Numbered from the whole stretch's first letter, positions 26,132 to 43,133 are shown. The stretch is 63,402 nt of DNA, filler included, from Choristocarpus tenellus KU-1152 (GCA_964200185.2; 12 parts of 12 records of this genome joined end to end with filler, not necessarily neighbours in it); one strand, 5' to 3'. The notes: generated by a model from the sequence alone, not told the origin. Translations and numbers: made by a program.

Positions 26132-26304
26132 GACTCAAAGTATTGTGGGGGGGTGGCGACTGTCCATTCGGGGCCCATTTTTCCATGTCGTGATTTTTGG
26201 GTGATTTGGTTGCATGCGTCAGATGGATACTGAAAGTGCACTTCTCCTGGTCAGGACCCGAATGGACAGCCCGGTGTAGACCCCCCCCCCCCCCCCCCCC
26301 CCCC
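26132..26304 (-). mobile_element. MITE family A
   Basis: GACTCAAAGTATTGTGGGGGG...GTGTAGACCCCC; homologous to 51421-51599. Confidence 0.85.
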
Positions 26305-26436
26305 TCTTTCTGAGACCCCAACCCAAGAACCCCACANNNNNNNNNNNNNNNNNNNNNNNNNNNNNNNNNNNNNNNNNNNNTTAATTAATTAANNNNNNNN
26401 NNNNNNNNNNNNNNNNNNNNNNNNNNNNNNNNNNNN

Positions 26437-26629
26437 CGTATGCAACCAAATCACCCAAAAATCGCGACATGAACAAATTGCCCCCAAATTGACAGCCGAC
26501 ACCCCCCCCCCACCCAAGATACTTTGAGCCTTATCCATCCAACACATGCAACCAAATCACCCGAAAATCACGACGTGAAAAATGGGCCCCGAATGGACCG
26601 CTGCCACCCACCCCCAGATACTTTGAGCC
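26437..26629 (+). mobile_element. Two tandem right halves of MITE family A (26437-26530, ~26546-26629)
   Basis: ATGCAACCAAATCACCC...AGATACTTTGAGCC occurs twice. Confidence 0.85.
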
Positions 26630-27481
26630 GCTACTTCTACTACTAATATGTGCACTTTATTCGCCTCAATTTTAGTGGCAGTAGTAGTAGTAATCAATAA
26701 TAGAGAGAGTCATCATGATGATGAGTGGTTCACAACGATTAATACCTTTCCAAATTTTTGGAGTTATCATCTTTCCTACTTCTATTACAGTAAGCTTTTG
26801 GAGCATGCTGTAACAGCTCTTCTTCTTCTACCATCATTCCAATAATCAACAGCTCAATGGTACTATTACTGACGGTGGTGCTATTGTGACACCAAGCATT
26901 AATAATAAATCGGAATATAGACAGACTATGTGGTTGATGAGGGAGTGCATGTATTGTACCACACAATACAAGCACAAAACTTTGTAGTGATTCTGGTAGA
27001 CAAGAACTTTCCCCTCTCAAAAGTCTCAAAAATGTAATGCAAGGGATCCACACATAGACTCGCGCATAATCCCATGTTGCATTTTGACTGAGTGGATAGA
27101 AGTAAAACTGATTGTGGTCAAATATTGACCAATTTCTGAAAATAAAAAAAAGCGAAGTCGCTGTTGTTGATCAGAAATATTACACCAACTACTTCTACTA
27201 CTGCTATTACACTAGGAATACTGGGAACAGGAGATGACGAAATATTTGGTCTAATTATTGACCCTCCACTTTCCACCCATTGCGTTTGTTCAAAGTCTCC
27301 AGGTGGCTCACATTCCGCACCCTCGCCCCTGGCTACGAAAGGTCACTCCCGAAATCCGAAATGCATTCGTACTTCAAACTGACACCACGATGAAACCAAA
27401 AAAACGAAAAAACAAGTGATACTTGAAACTGTCCTGGAACGATTTGGAGCGATAGCTGCACGTCACAACAGCCAAGAAATT

Positions 27482-30400
27482 ATGTCGAGGTCCAAATCTA
27501 AGAGAGTGGAGCAAATGAAGCCCAGAGGTAAGCCATCTCAACGGCGAAACCACACCTTCCCTATGATACAGACCAATCCCGTGACCAAAACAAAAACGAC
27601 TCTGCAATACGGACAGTTATCGAGCCCCACCTCATATTATTTGTCCACACCTTCCTCCCCTTCCTTGCCTACCTCTTTGATCAGGTGAAACTGCACTTGG
27701 ACTTCCTCTTGCAACGAGCAACGGGCTTTTCCACCAGGCACAGGCTAGTGCTAGTGGACGGCGTGGACACGTGCAGCCTTCTTTGTCTGATGATGATGTT
27801 GAGCGCTTCGCCCTGCTAGAGCGTCACACAAGCACCGATGGAATTATTGACGTACTAACAAGCAAGGCATCAAAGCTTGGGGCTGCTCTAGAGAGAAGCC
27901 GTGTAGCAAAGACTGCACTAGAGCGGAGGGTCAGCGACCTTGAGGTTCGTTGGATTTGTGTTGCGAAAGCTCAGCACTGTGTGTAGTCATAGGAGACGAC
28001 TTGCAATTGACCAGCAAACTTTTACAACCTAGATTCTGAAGTATTTCCTCATTTTGCTTCACGAGGGCGAATCCCAGCGAATAGGCGTGAAGAACCACCC
28101 AGCAACTCCAAACATTCGTACAGATACAGACCTAAATCCATTTGCTCATCACATCCTGTGTTTTGTAGGGGCAGCTAGAAGACTCTAAACTAGACTCAGA
28201 GAGACTGTGTCAAAGGCTGCAGCAATGCGAGCAAGAGGCTAAGGTAAGCAGAAGGACCCATCTAGTCCTGACCCAAACTTGCGGTAACTCCCTCTGGGAT
28301 TGTATCAGTCACGGATAAGACTAACTAAGAACTATTTGCATCCTTCTGATTTCAATTGTCCTCTATCAATACTACCTCCAAGCATGACATCGACACATGT
28401 GACATCTTTTCTTAATGACCAATTAGAAAAGACTGACTATTCCAACGAAGAGCATTCGACACAAATGACCTGAGGATTTTCATGTATCACGCCTTGACAC
28501 TTGAAACCCACACATCCATTCACCTTCCCTCCCACCTACCTACCCACTCACAATAGGATGTTCTTCCTTTGAACCTACTCACACACGTGCACACTTGATA
28601 CCTCATTCATGGTGATACATCCTCAGGCCAGAGTGGAACAGCTGGATGAAAAGCAGCGACAGATTGATGAGCTCCAACATTCCCTTAGGGAAGCCCACGA
28701 GCAGCCAACAGCACAGCTTCAGGTCCTGGAAAAAGAAACCCATTTAATGAACGGGCTTGTCACCCCTTCTACTACATCCCCAATTCCATGGAGTGGGGAA
28801 CACTCACTCTCTCCCTGAGATGTCCAGGTGTACAGTTTGCACCATCGTAACCAGTCAGAGCTGGCCTTGCCAACTTTTTTTCCCGCACCTTCCAGCTCAG
28901 TGATCTCTCATTGATAGAGAGAAAAAGTATTCTCAACATCATACCTACAGGATCCATTTTTCTTACACCATTCACACAATAATTGTGACCACAACATCAA
29001 ACCAAAATAGGACTACATAGTAACCGTTCATCGTGTCTTGCAGCACCTACTCCAGCTGCTTAGATTGTAATGCTAGCTAGGCATTGTGGAGGCGCTCAAG
29101 GCAAAGGTGCCCAACTTCTTGTTCTGGTGAACAATAATAATAGTGGAGGCAGCTATGTTCTTGTCACAAGTGTTAACATCCCACTTTTAGATCAGGCTTG
29201 CTGCTGATGTGTTTAATGTTGGTCGCTCCTCTGATTCGGCCACCACGACCTCCCATTCATTCCACTTTTTTTTGGCACAATTCACTCCTCGTGAGACAAC
29301 ACAACTGTATCTTCCCCTACCCCTAACCCTAACCCCCTGCTTGTAGGAGGAAAAGATGAAACGACAGAGTGCGGAGAACTCCTTGCAGCATGTGAGCAAA
29401 GGTTACAATTCTTTATTTCACTCACACCCTCACCCACAGTATGCATGGGATCACTGGTAGAGTATTTCAACCTTTGGTGAGTTGAGCTACTGTAACTTCG
29501 AGGGTGGTGTTGTTTAGTATTTTGAAGGGAGCTGAGGTACCTGCAACTGCCTTTGGCTATATGTGTTTCTGGCACTCTGGAGAATATTTTGATCCTGATG
29601 TGGACGAAGGGCTTGCTCCTCTTCTGCAGCTATAGCCTATTAAGGAGGGTTAGTGGCATTATTTCAGATTGGGAAATTGAGTGCCAGACAGAAAGCCCCA
29701 AATACTCAAAATGGTTGAAATAGACCCCCCCTCTAAGATAGATTCAGGAACGTTTTTGTGGATGTTAGACTTTAGGTCCTTTGTGCTGAAGATTGCTTCT
29801 GTCTGCAGTAACCACATAGTGCCAGAGCAACCCTGAGCAATACAACAGCAACCCAGCATATCCATGCTTTATCCCTGAAGCTAGTGCACTGTAACAGATT
29901 GTTTTGTGCTCTTTCCTTTCCCCTTCCAACCCAAAAGGAGCACCACCTGGTCACAGGCTATCTCAAGGCGACATATCCAGGACTTGACTTCCGGAAAGGA
30001 AATATGTGTGGGGCGGGTAAGTACCCAAGTTACACACCTCAATGTGACCTTTGTGCTTTCGGGGATAAGGTGCTGACCTTGGTATTTCATGCTCTATTGC
30101 AAGATAAATCTCACATAAAGTTGCAGCAATTGATACTTAAAAAGTAGCTACTGACTTTTATTTTTGTCAACCTGATATCAATTCCAAGCAAAAGAACAAG
30201 TGCGAAAAATAACATGGTACATTCATTCAGTGGAGCGATTCCATGATCTAATCATTATCATATCAGAACAAGCATATAAGCACACACAGCAATCAATCCC
30301 CTCAACACAGAACATACGACATACAACTGAGAGCATTATGTTATTTAATGCCTTGGAAGAAAAGATTACAATTAACTCCTCTCCCTCTTCCGCTACCCAA

Positions 30401-32148
30401 ATCTCCTTTGACAATGAATTGCGTCTTTTGGGGGACAACAGAGACTCTGGTGCAGGAATTGCATAAGCTGGGGGATCTCCTGAGGGAAAAAGACCGGGAA
30501 ATCTCAGATTGTAATGAGCGCATCAAGGACCTTCTTGACGATGTCAACACAGAACGAGACTGGTGACATTATCTCCCCCCTCCCCCCCACTCTCCAAATT
30601 TTTGCTTCAAAAAAAGTCTTTCTGGGGGTGGAACCTACATTTCCTGTCGCCCTGAGTAATAGTTTAATTGTTTCTCCTCACTTTCCCTTCCACTTGTAGC
30701 AGGCCTATTTACTCTTCCCTCTCTACTATAACCAATTGACATACTGAATTGATTTGTGGATGTATTCAAGGCAATGACTGTAAGGGAGGAGAGTTTCTCC
30801 GCAGACTATCCAATAATATGCTACCTCACCTACAGAAGCATTCTACCTGGTTCTTGGTTGGATACCCCCCCCCCCCCCCCCCCCCAACAAAATAAAAAGA
30901 GCGGGGCATCTCACCGGCACCCAACAAGATTTCAGANNNNNNNNNNCTCCTGCGTTATGGTCTTGTCTCCCCCCCCCCCCCCAACCCATCACAGATCATT
31001 AGGGCCAGGACTTACACGTTCACTTCAAAGTTTGTCCAAGAGGTCAGTTATTAGAAACGACATCATCTTCAAAGCTCTCCTCCCTCATCAACAAAGCGTA
31101 CCATGTATCGTTGTTTGTCAATCTGATTCACATGGCAACCCCCTCCCCCTAACCCTATTTACGCCAACAAACACTGGATAACTAATTATCTTTAGCATTT
31201 CTACACACCTATGAGATCCATCCAGCATGCCAGACAAAATATTCTTCAGCACCACTTGAGGTATAGTATGATATGTGTAGGGTAGAGATCACTTGTCCTT
31301 GAACCTGTTGACCATTCCTTCATACTGTTCAGATATGATACTTAATATTTCATTATTCTGAGCCAAAGTATCTTAGAGAACAGCGCCGCATCCATTTGGG
31401 GGCCAGACTCCAAAGTTGCGATTTTAATATAATTTTGGCTATCATATTAATTTTAAAGTTTCAATATCCTTGTTTCGGACACACCTTTTCATGACATAAA
31501 CATTTTACCTACTCTGAAACATTTTGGAGTAGGAAAATGTCATAAAAAAAGCACGGGAAGCCAAGTCCCAAACGGACAAACAGGGCCAAATTCATACCCT
31601 AACCCTAACATACTTTCACTCTCCTATTATGTTCACTTCAGCCTGTTGTTGGAGACACTGAGTACTCTAACTCACCTTACTCCTCAAGTATCAGGTTCAA
31701 CTATCCCCTCGCTTGTCACTCCACCTCCTCCCTCAAATTTTATGATGAACCCCCTCAGCACCGCTCAAAACAAAAAAAGTCTTGTCGCAGTCACTATGGT
31801 GGTGTAGCGACAGATTATATAGTACAGGTAGGGGGTACAGTTTGTTGTATTTAACCTGTATACCTTTTTTTATCATAGAAATCAAATTTTGCTAGAACGA
31901 AATTTGGAATCAAGGAACCGATTTCAAATCGCGCAAAATCAATGCAAAGAAGAGTATCCATTAACCACTGAGCTACAAGGGTACCCCCACTACTCCATAT
32001 TCAGTCAACACTGTCTGGTCACGTTATTTAGTCAACCCACTATATTTAATCCCATATTTGAGCCAAACACAAACGAGAGGTACCCAAGTTTTGGCTATTT
32101 TTGCATTATAAGCCAGTATTTTAATCTTTTGCAATTCACCCACATTTC

Positions 32149-32189
<41 letters not shown>

Positions 32190-32613
32190 ATGAAGCACTA
32201 AGCTTGACTTGAGAATGTTGATTAATCTATTGCTCGAGAAATTTCGATACAATTCAGAGAATATTCTCTCTATATATATGCATCTGTAAAAATAGACAAA
32301 AAAATTACACAAACTTGTCAGCATCCTTAAAATCCACTTCTTGGGTACCTCTCGATTACCTGTACTTGTTGTATTTATACATCCAATCATTTGAATTTGG
32401 CAGAAAATGTATCTATTGGTGCACTATTTTCCTCTGGCCAGTTATCAACAACATCGGAATACACTATCTTGCTCGTTATGCCTCTGCAAGCCCTATTCAG
32501 ACCTCAGTACTCCATCCTCTCAATGGTGTTCCTAACTCTTCAAATGCAGGAGGACCAAAGCTCAGAAGGGTCACGAGTATGCCCAAGAAAAACTTGAGGC
32601 TGTGAGGCAAAAG
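27482..32613 (+). CDS. Multi-exon coiled-coil protein, partial; exons 27482-27527, 27685-27944, 28169-28243, 28627-28722, ~29347-29391, 30456-30562, 32550-32613 (others likely)
   Basis: GT-AG-bounded, phase-compatible exons encode E/K/Q/R/L-rich heptad sequence (ALERSRVAKTALERRVSDLE; VEQLDEKQRQIDELQHSL; LLREKDREISDCNERIKDLLDDV). No family recognised. Confidence 0.7.
31360..31621 (+). mobile_element. MITE family B, intronic, 4-bp flanks TTCT/TCCT
   Basis: GAGCCAAAGTATCTTAGAG ... ATACTTTCACTC; internal homology to 9479-9735. Confidence 0.88.
32152..32187. repeat. (TA)n microsatellite
   Basis: Directly visible. Confidence 0.95.
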
Positions 32614-33709
32614 GTGAGAATGGATCCCTCCTCCTTGTTCCTTGCCAACAAACTTTGCCCTTCCCCACCAGACTTTGGTTGAATGAAGAAACGACGTTTT
32701 ATTCTATTAGCAACATGGAAAATGCTGATGCTCAGGTGCAATTTTCCTCCCAGACAATGTGAACATACTGTATGCATGAACATACTCAAATACCTGAACT
32801 CGTAGGGAGAGGAGAGCTCAAGTCCGGTACATACAAGTACTGTTCCCAATATAAACAGTTTTAGGAAGTGGATGCATTCTCTTCAGTAGACCCTCACCTA
32901 ACTACGTGTAGTGCTTCATTTCATACTTATACATGTATGCATATTTACCATCTCTGGTTGCATGTGTTGCCGTTTTGTATTGCTGGGATGGCGTTTGAGG
33001 GGAAGATGAGTCCTGCGCCGTGTGAAGAACAGACTGCAGCACCGTAATAAGTCAGGAGTAAAGGTTAGGTCCTGGTTCTACCCGCAAAGCAAAAAAACGC
33101 TCAGCCAACTGTTAATTTGAGTGTTTTCCTGCGAACCCATTGTGCACAGATAGGATTAGGGTTAGGCATGTATGTGACTTGCTGTGGATATTCATTTTTT
33201 TTTTCATTTCCTAGATACGCACAGGAACCGTGTGTACATAGAAGGACAGTGGCCTAGCACGACAGGGATGATGATTGACGATATGCTATACTGAATCGGA
33301 GCAAGCTTGGAATGATGTGAAACATCTCAATGCCGGCAAGGAAGTCAACTGATGTTAATGACATGTTAATGCAGGGACAGAAGAAAGGGGGGGGTGCATG
33401 AATTGAAGCAAGAGGAGGGGAGGGACAATTGCTTTGAGAGCAAGTACCTTCTTTTTTTTTCTCCTCAGATCTAAATGACCAACTCAAATCCTCATGCCCC
33501 CTTCCCCCCTTCCCCACCATTCCTCTTCACTAACTTCCAGCTCCCAGCTCCTCTGAAATGGTTCTTTTGNNNNNNNNNNNNNNNNNNNNNNNNNNNNNNN
33601 NNNNNNNNNNNNNTTAATTAATTAANNNNNNNNNNNNNNNNNNNNNNNNNNNNNNNNNNNNNNNNNNNNCCCCTATCCCCATCCCCCCCCCCCCCCCCAC
33701 ACCTTTTAA

Positions 33710-36102
<2,393 letters not shown>

Positions 36103-36213
36103 TGATTGGCCAACAGATGAAGTGGTCTGGAGAGTGTGGTGATTGGTTCTTGACCAAGGTTGATGTAGATGCCGAGAGGTAGGTCTGAGCCAAAATGTGT
36201 TTCTTGTTCCCCT

Positions 36214-36248
<35 letters not shown>

Positions 36249-38468
36249 NNNNNNNNNNNNNNNNNNNNNNNNNNNNNNNNNNNNNNNNNNNNTTAATTAA
36301 TTAANNNNNNNNNNNNNNNNNNNNNNNNNNNNNNNNNNNNNNNNNNNNCCGGTGATTCTCTTCACCACCCTTGCCTGAGTGAACCACGCCGCCACAGAAT
36401 CACACGATTCACAATAATTATTATTGTTTTATTGGTCCGAACGTTCAAATGATGAGTGTAGGAGTACGAATGAAGATTTTTATTTCACATCTCCCAAAAT
36501 TCTAACTGTTGATGTCCAGATTCAGACAGAGGTATTTTTGCAAGTCCTCATGGTTCTCCGATTCTTAGAGATTACACAAAAACAATACTTGTAATTTACA
36601 AATTAAACACTGAAACCTGTTCGGCTTATATTTGAGACTCAAAATTAACCTCGAGTTATCAACACCCGAACTAAGCAGTTCCTGTGTGGGGAACAAGAGA
36701 AATAACAGGGTAAGAGGGCTGGCCACAAAGCCGCATGCAGACGAAGGGATGTCGTAGAACAATAGGGGAGAGGGAGGCCAACCAAAGATGAGGGAAGTGC
36801 TCGCTTGACGGTAGCTTCAAGGAAGTGGGACTTGAATGCGACCAGACGTAATGATCAATAGGTTAGGGAAGCTGATGGCAAAAGACCAAATGGAAAAATG
36901 TTAAGTTGGTCAGCGGAGAAATGCAGTCCGAGGGGCAGGCCAGGCAAATATGCCGCTGATCCCATACTACCAGTTCGTTTTCTACAACCATATGGACCAA
37001 ACTGAGACAGTGGAGTCTGTCCAACTGGCAGTGTGAGTGTGATACAGTAAGTTTTACCACATAATGAAAACTTGGAAGGAGAAAGGGGAGATCCTTTGCA
37101 CCTCTGGTGTGGGAAGGGGGATTGTTTGAATGAACTCCGATAAGAGGTGCAAGCTCCTTAAACCACAGGTCAACGAGATGGAACTATTCCTCTTTACTCA
37201 GCACTCATTGGGAAATGTGGGGCTTACGTCGGGATTGGTGACCTGGGTAAAGACAAATTGGGGTGCGCTTATTGAGAGGTCTGGGTATAATCCTGAAGCG
37301 CTTGGGTTATATGTGGAGAAGGGGTAGAATCAATAAGCCACCTCGGACAAAGGAGAGGAAAGCATGTATTTGCAGGTTGCTGGTTAAATACTGGAGGACC
37401 TTGAGATGTTGAAAGGAGCGCTATTGTTGTCTATATGTCAAATCCTTATGCCATCAGCTGCAAGGCTTAGGATTTTATAACCACAACCATTTGGATCACT
37501 AAAACATATCCTACGAGTCCTGTATATATCAGCATTCCAATGAGATGGAAATCGAGCCAAGAACAGGCAAAACCGTCGTAAAAATATGAACAAGGATACC
37601 CCCAAAAAACAGAAATACTCCCCTAATTCAAATTATGCATCCTACTGCATGCTATACTGTGAGTCCAAGGCGCTACTATTGTGTGATCGATGCGTTAGGA
37701 CGTCAGCTTTATTTCCATATATACTTTCACTGGGTGAATCGATCTGTATCAGATTTTACTGCAGTTTGAAGGCCTCAGTCTGCTATGAGGGACTGAAGTA
37801 TTTTCTCCAATTGGGCCTTAAGCGGCACGTATCTTAAGTTCCATATGGAGTTTGGACCTCAAACCAACTATATGAGACCCGACCTACCACCAAATTTCTA
37901 ATCATAAATTATTTTTTTTGTCTTCAATCGAGATATTACAGAAGATATTAGAAAAATCTTGAGTACTACTTCCCTCGGTAATAGGAACGTACGGACGCGC
38001 ATACAGACAGAGAGGCATTGAGCAGATGGACAGACTGATATCACTAGGTTCTACACGATACAAGTACTTGAATAGGCCCTCTAAGCGATTTGTAAGGGCC
38101 ACTTCAAGGAATTGATAGACACAGCTGAAACTACCCGAATTCCTCCGCTGGCTCATGAGAAGAATGGCTATGTTTCTTCATTTCCTCCCTCCTTGATCCG
38201 ACCCTTGGTCATGTTTATTGTGATTGCTGGATATTTTGTCATCCACTGCACATAGTCCCTGCAACTGGCCTTTGATGGGCAGAAATAATGCAGGGGCATT
38301 GATGGTGACAATTCCCTCAAAGAAAGGGTTGTGTGTGCACGGTCATTGTGTTGCTTCCAAGACCATTTCCCGTCTGACATGAGGACTCTTCGCCCACCAC
38401 CCTGTCCTTTCTTGGGCATCATAAGGAGTGACCATCCGCTTACTAATCTAGGGGAGCTACTTGCAAAA

Positions 38469-38803
38469 TGTGCAATATAGGCTAAGTAGTATATAGGGTC
38501 CTATGTCGTTAGAACCAAGATTACTCAACAGAAGTGTTATCTAAATTAAGTAAGGGTCAAGGATTTGTTTACATGTGCCTAGAGTAGTAGGATCGAGTCT
38601 CGATGGTTTGACTTCCTGTTTTGTTTAATACAAGTGGCTGATGCGACTTACACAGACACATTTTTGACTTGTTTGCTGACGTGCGCAATACATAATAATA
38701 AAAGGGAGAGCACCCAACCACCAAGGGCTGTGCTCACTCCGCTAATAAATACATCCATACTACATAAAGAAAAGAGTCTATTGGAATAGCTCTCTTTTGC
38801 ATA
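38469..38803. repeat. Dispersed ~340-bp repeat (family E); inverted homolog at ~61689-62030
   Basis: Shared blocks TGTGCAATATAGGCTA, TGACGTGCGCAATA, CCACCAAGGGCTGTGCTCACTC, TATTGGAATAGCTCTCTTTTGCAT. Confidence 0.85.
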
Positions 38804-38903
38804 TAAAAGTACCCACAGAGTCAAAGTATCTTAGAGGGTAGAGGCCGTACACACTAATGATGGGTGTGGCGATGGTAACATGCAGTTCTTCCCTTTGACC
38901 GAC

Positions 38904-39161
38904 GACTTAAAGTATCTTAGAGGGTACGTTTTTTTCCCTGTTTGTCCGTTTGGGGCTTGGCTTCCCACCTTTTTTTTAATTACATTTTACCCACTCCGAA
39001 ATGTTTCAGAGTAGGTAAAATGTGTACCTTATCATAAGATGTGTCCGAACAAGGATATTGACACTTCCTAACAAACATGATGGTCAAAACTACGTCAAAT
39101 CGCAACATTGGATTTTGCACCCCAAATTGATGTGACTCTACCCTCTAAGATATTTTGACTT
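38904..39161 (-). mobile_element. MITE family B, complete, 4-bp TSD CGAC; an extra B terminus at 38818-38845
   Basis: CGAC at 38900-38903 and 39162-39165; TIR core AAAGTATCTTAGAGGGTA. Confidence 0.88.
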
Positions 39162-40796
39162 CGACAGGAGTGCAGTGGTGCAAGCAGTACGCTGGGTGCA
39201 TCGGGTTGTACTCACTCAAAACAAAGGAGGAGAACCTTGCTGTCACGTTTCCAGCATTTCCAGATTTACCCGAGATCCCCCTGGCCTTGTTGAGAGGTAT
39301 GTTGAGAACTCTTGACAGACCAACTTACAGGCGACTCTCTGACGAAATTTAGTAAAGCTATTTCTGAAAGCCCAGAAGCATATCCTGCCTTACCTACTCC
39401 TGCAGGTGGAAGGCCTTTGGCGAAGATATTGCAAAAAAACATAGCCTCACAGAGGTAGGAAATATATACAAACTCAAGAAAAAGAACGAAGGAAGGGGAT
39501 AGGAAAGATCAATACAAATTTAGCGTAAGAAAAGCTCCACAGTTACACGCACTCTTTAAGCTAGGTGTTTGCTTCTGCACAGAGAAGAATAGGCCCCCTT
39601 TGGCACAACCAACCACTGCTACCCAGGCATAGCCCCCACCCCTTACTACTTTCGCCCCAGTACTGACGGACCACTATGATCACTAGCTGGCCGACTTTCC
39701 CCTCCTTTTGTCGTCTTCCACAGCCCATGGGTTTAGCTAGGTATATGCTCCCAATGTTACTATCCTCCCAAAGCTGCTGAAGCACTGTGGCTACAAAATG
39801 ACAGTGTTCTCCCTCCTCTTTCCGAACCTCTGTGGAAAATCCGAGGTCTATCTCCTTCAACGCAGGCACATGGGTTAGTTCCCACTTACAGTTGGCGAGG
39901 TTGCCGATAGAACAGTGAACATCGTGTGACTGTCCGAAACTAGGTTTTAATGGAGGATGTACAACACTTCGAGTGATATTAGTGGTTTATGTGCAGACCT
40001 ACCAGACCAAATTCGCCGGTGCTTTAATGCACCATGACACCTCTTCGCCACAAGCTAGCCACAGCTCAAGCAAGCACGATTCATTCTAATTCAAATGTTT
40101 CAGTAGCCACCTCTGAAATTTGACCCATGTTATACTCTGGAGAACAATGGATAATCAACATCCAGTATGGATTGATGATAGTGTATCGTATCATAGCAAA
40201 TCAAATGAGTAGTCCTGTCTACAATATAGGATACAAGAACGAACAGTGCAGGCTGAATGAAGATGTATTGCTGACTGAATAGGATACGAAAACGAATGTA
40301 GCACATAATATGTGGCAACAAAACAATTCAATGCAAGATTATTTATTCTACGTAAATCACATGTTAAGTCCATCAGGTTTGAAAACAAGTCATCATTCAA
40401 TGCAGTAGATAAAACAGAACACGATGGGTTACCCAAGTTTTCTTCCACTAGGAATTCACCCCTGAAGGAATGGCATGCATACTTTCCCACAATCAAGACC
40501 ACCTGCCCCCTGGGCACATGCTCGGAGTGGCAAAAATTGGCAAGTGATCAGTCCATCGCTGCAATGCCTACATTACTGGAGACCCTCTCCCACCTTTCCC
40601 CATCCCATCTCCCCCCACCCAACCCTCAACAGGGAGATCACTGCTTCCCATCCTTTCCCCTACTCCTTTCGCCCCCACCACCGCCTCCCTACCCCCNNNN
40701 NNNNNNNNNNNNNNNNNNNNNNNNNNNNNNNNNNNNNNNNTTAATTAATTAANNNNNNNNNNNNNNNNNNNNNNNNNNNNNNNNNNNNNNNNNNNN

Positions 40797-40887
40797 GGAG
40801 TAGGAAAATGTCATTAAAAAACATGGGAAGCCAAGCCCCAAATAGACAAACAGGGCAAAACTCGTACCCTCTAAGATACTTTCACCC
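40797..40887 (+). mobile_element. MITE family B right part at contig start
   Basis: GGAGTAGGAAAATGTC...ACCCTCTAAGATACTTTCACCC. Confidence 0.85.
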
Positions 40888-41246
40888 CATGGACTACAGC
40901 CACAATATTATTCTGGACATGTGATGCACCTGTTGCTTTGTGAGCGCCTTGATCCAGAATCTTGTATGCCATTATCCAGACCAGCATTTGAAAATGGGAA
41001 TCTGTTTTCAGGCCAGCCGATAGTTATTCATGAAATTTACTGCTTACTAAGGAAGCGGCAGTCACCAGAGAGGTGCTGCTGCCCAATTCAACACAGGTCG
41101 TAGCCCTACAATGTCCCTACAATATGATGCTTTGCTGCATAAAGAGATTGCGAGCCAAGGAAATGTACCTCGATATATGTTCTGTGTTCTGTCATTTGGA
41201 AAAAGGAATACAGAGCAGGGTATTTTTGTTCTGATACTCGATAGCT

Positions 41247-41365
41247 GGCTCAGAGTATCTGGGAGGGGGTGGCGGATGTCCATTTGGGGCCAATTTTTTC
41301 GTCTTGCAATTTTTGGGTGATTTGGTTGCATACGTCGGATGTATAACGTAAGTGCACTTTTTCCC
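41247..41365 (-). mobile_element. MITE family A, partial
   Basis: GGCTCAGAGTATCTGGGAGGGGG...GGGTGATTTGGTTGCATACG. Confidence 0.8.
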
Positions 41366-42136
41366 ATGTCTACCACTCACATATACATTGTTAGTGCCTA
41401 TTGACCTCTTCCAGACGCTTTTATTGGAGGAAAACATGGGAAAAAAGGACATCAATAATAGGCATCAGAGTCTGTACTGCTTACAGCAAAGGCCGTCATA
41501 TCATATTTAAGTCGTATATTACTTATGCAAGAACAAGATACAGATCTGTTCCCATTTGTTGAAATCTTTTTGAGTTTTTTCAAGATACTGCTGTCCAAAA
41601 CAAAATTCCTGCCTTCCATTGATGCCCTCTGAGCTCTTTCTATCATACTCGGGGAAATAATGATGCCCTGCAGGCAGAATACTAACTCAAAGTATTTACC
41701 ACCAATATAGCCTTGTTCAGTACTAGGACGTCAAAGATCAGCTTGCAACTGCAATCAATTAACTGTGAACTTGTGCTCCTTACTTGGCAAGGCACTGTAG
41801 CAGTGCCGAGCAACAAGTAATCAAAAGCACAGGCTACCTGTGAAGGGCCAGAGCAATAAATACCAAGTGGATTTCTTACCCCACCTTGTCCCTTCCAAAG
41901 TTCTTGAATGATTAACGATCGCTCCAGGATTAGTGCCTGGTTTCACACAAGACTTGGCACTTGGCACCATGTATGCATACCAATATGCGAGCTAGTCAGT
42001 GGAACAAGCGGAGTAGGCATAAGCAATTAATTATCCATGCTGCAAAGATGATGTCAAGATGACTTGGTTGTTGATGGCATACTGGTTGAGAAGGATCTTG
42101 TGACATGCACAGGGTGCCTGAGCTGTGAAAACACTC

Positions 42137-43133
42137 TCACCAGACAAGACTGTCTGGATCCATCCCAAAGTCATCATTTTCAGGCCCTGCTTTGCGGTCT
42201 TTTCCCTTGGTGCCTCCCCAGCTCTTCCTTTGCTTCCTATCAGACGTGGTGGTGGACACATCGACACTGCTCCCACCCTCACCACCTCTAACTTCCGATG
42301 TGCTGAGTGGGGAATTGTTAGGAGTGCCTGCACCCACCTCTTCACGAGGTAGCAGCTTCTTTGCCACCTGTTCGTGAGATGCAAAATCGGCAGAGTGAAG
42401 TGGAACAATATGCATTCTACATTATGATGATATTTGAGCTACTGGAGGACTAAGAACTGGGCGATGAGCGGCAGATGGATGGTCAACTGTCGTGTTGAGG
42501 TAGGTAGGAGAAGGTGTATAGAGATAATCCATATTTTGGGGGCAGTGATCATTAACCATGGAGAGCTGACACGCGAGCAAGGGTTAGGTTAGTGTGCATG
42601 TGACCAGAAGGCACATCCTTCATATGTGAAGAAGAGGTGTCCAGGTGAAGTAAAAAGATGGATTCATTGTGGTGTATTGTGCTGAAAATAATTACAAACC
42701 ACAGAAATGAACAGCACGAGCACTTGATAGGTATACGGACAAGAAATCTATCCTGAGCTAGGAGAATAAAGTTGATAGATCGCACTCTAAACCACTTCAT
42801 ATATAATTCTTTGGTTATCTTCACATTTCCTCAACTGAATTTTTCCCTAGCCGCTGCAATTATTTTGAATACAAGAGTCACACAACCCAAATACACTTCA
42901 CCAAGCCTTGCTTGGTACGCTTGCTTGGTTCCTCTTACCTGCCCTGCAACAACATAGGCAACCGCCTCAATAGTAATCATAGGGTTGACTCCTAGTGAGG
43001 TGGGAAGCGTAGACCCGTCTGCAACATACAGGCCTTCACACTCCCAGGCTTCCCCAGTCTCACGCAGAGGGCCATCTGCTTCTGTTGCACCCATGCGACA
43101 AGTGCCCATCTGATGCGCAGAAAACATGGCAAC
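42137..43133 (-). CDS. GMC oxidoreductase (long-chain fatty alcohol oxidase-like), last two exons 43133-42939 and 42367-42137
   Basis: FSAHQMGTCRMG...GEAWECEGLYVADGSTLPTSLGVNPMITIEAVAY is the GMC_oxred_C signature of FAO-type enzymes; phase-0 splice to a terminal exon VAKKLL...LVW*. Confidence 0.88.

Noticed and set aside
29318-33166. Telomere-like CCCTAA/TTAGGG units at ~29320, ~31597 and ~33156
   Set aside because: Only about two units each, which is too short to call interstitial telomeric arrays.
36700-38160. Possible very old gypsy remnant on the minus strand
   Set aside because: Motif resemblance is too weak to support a call.
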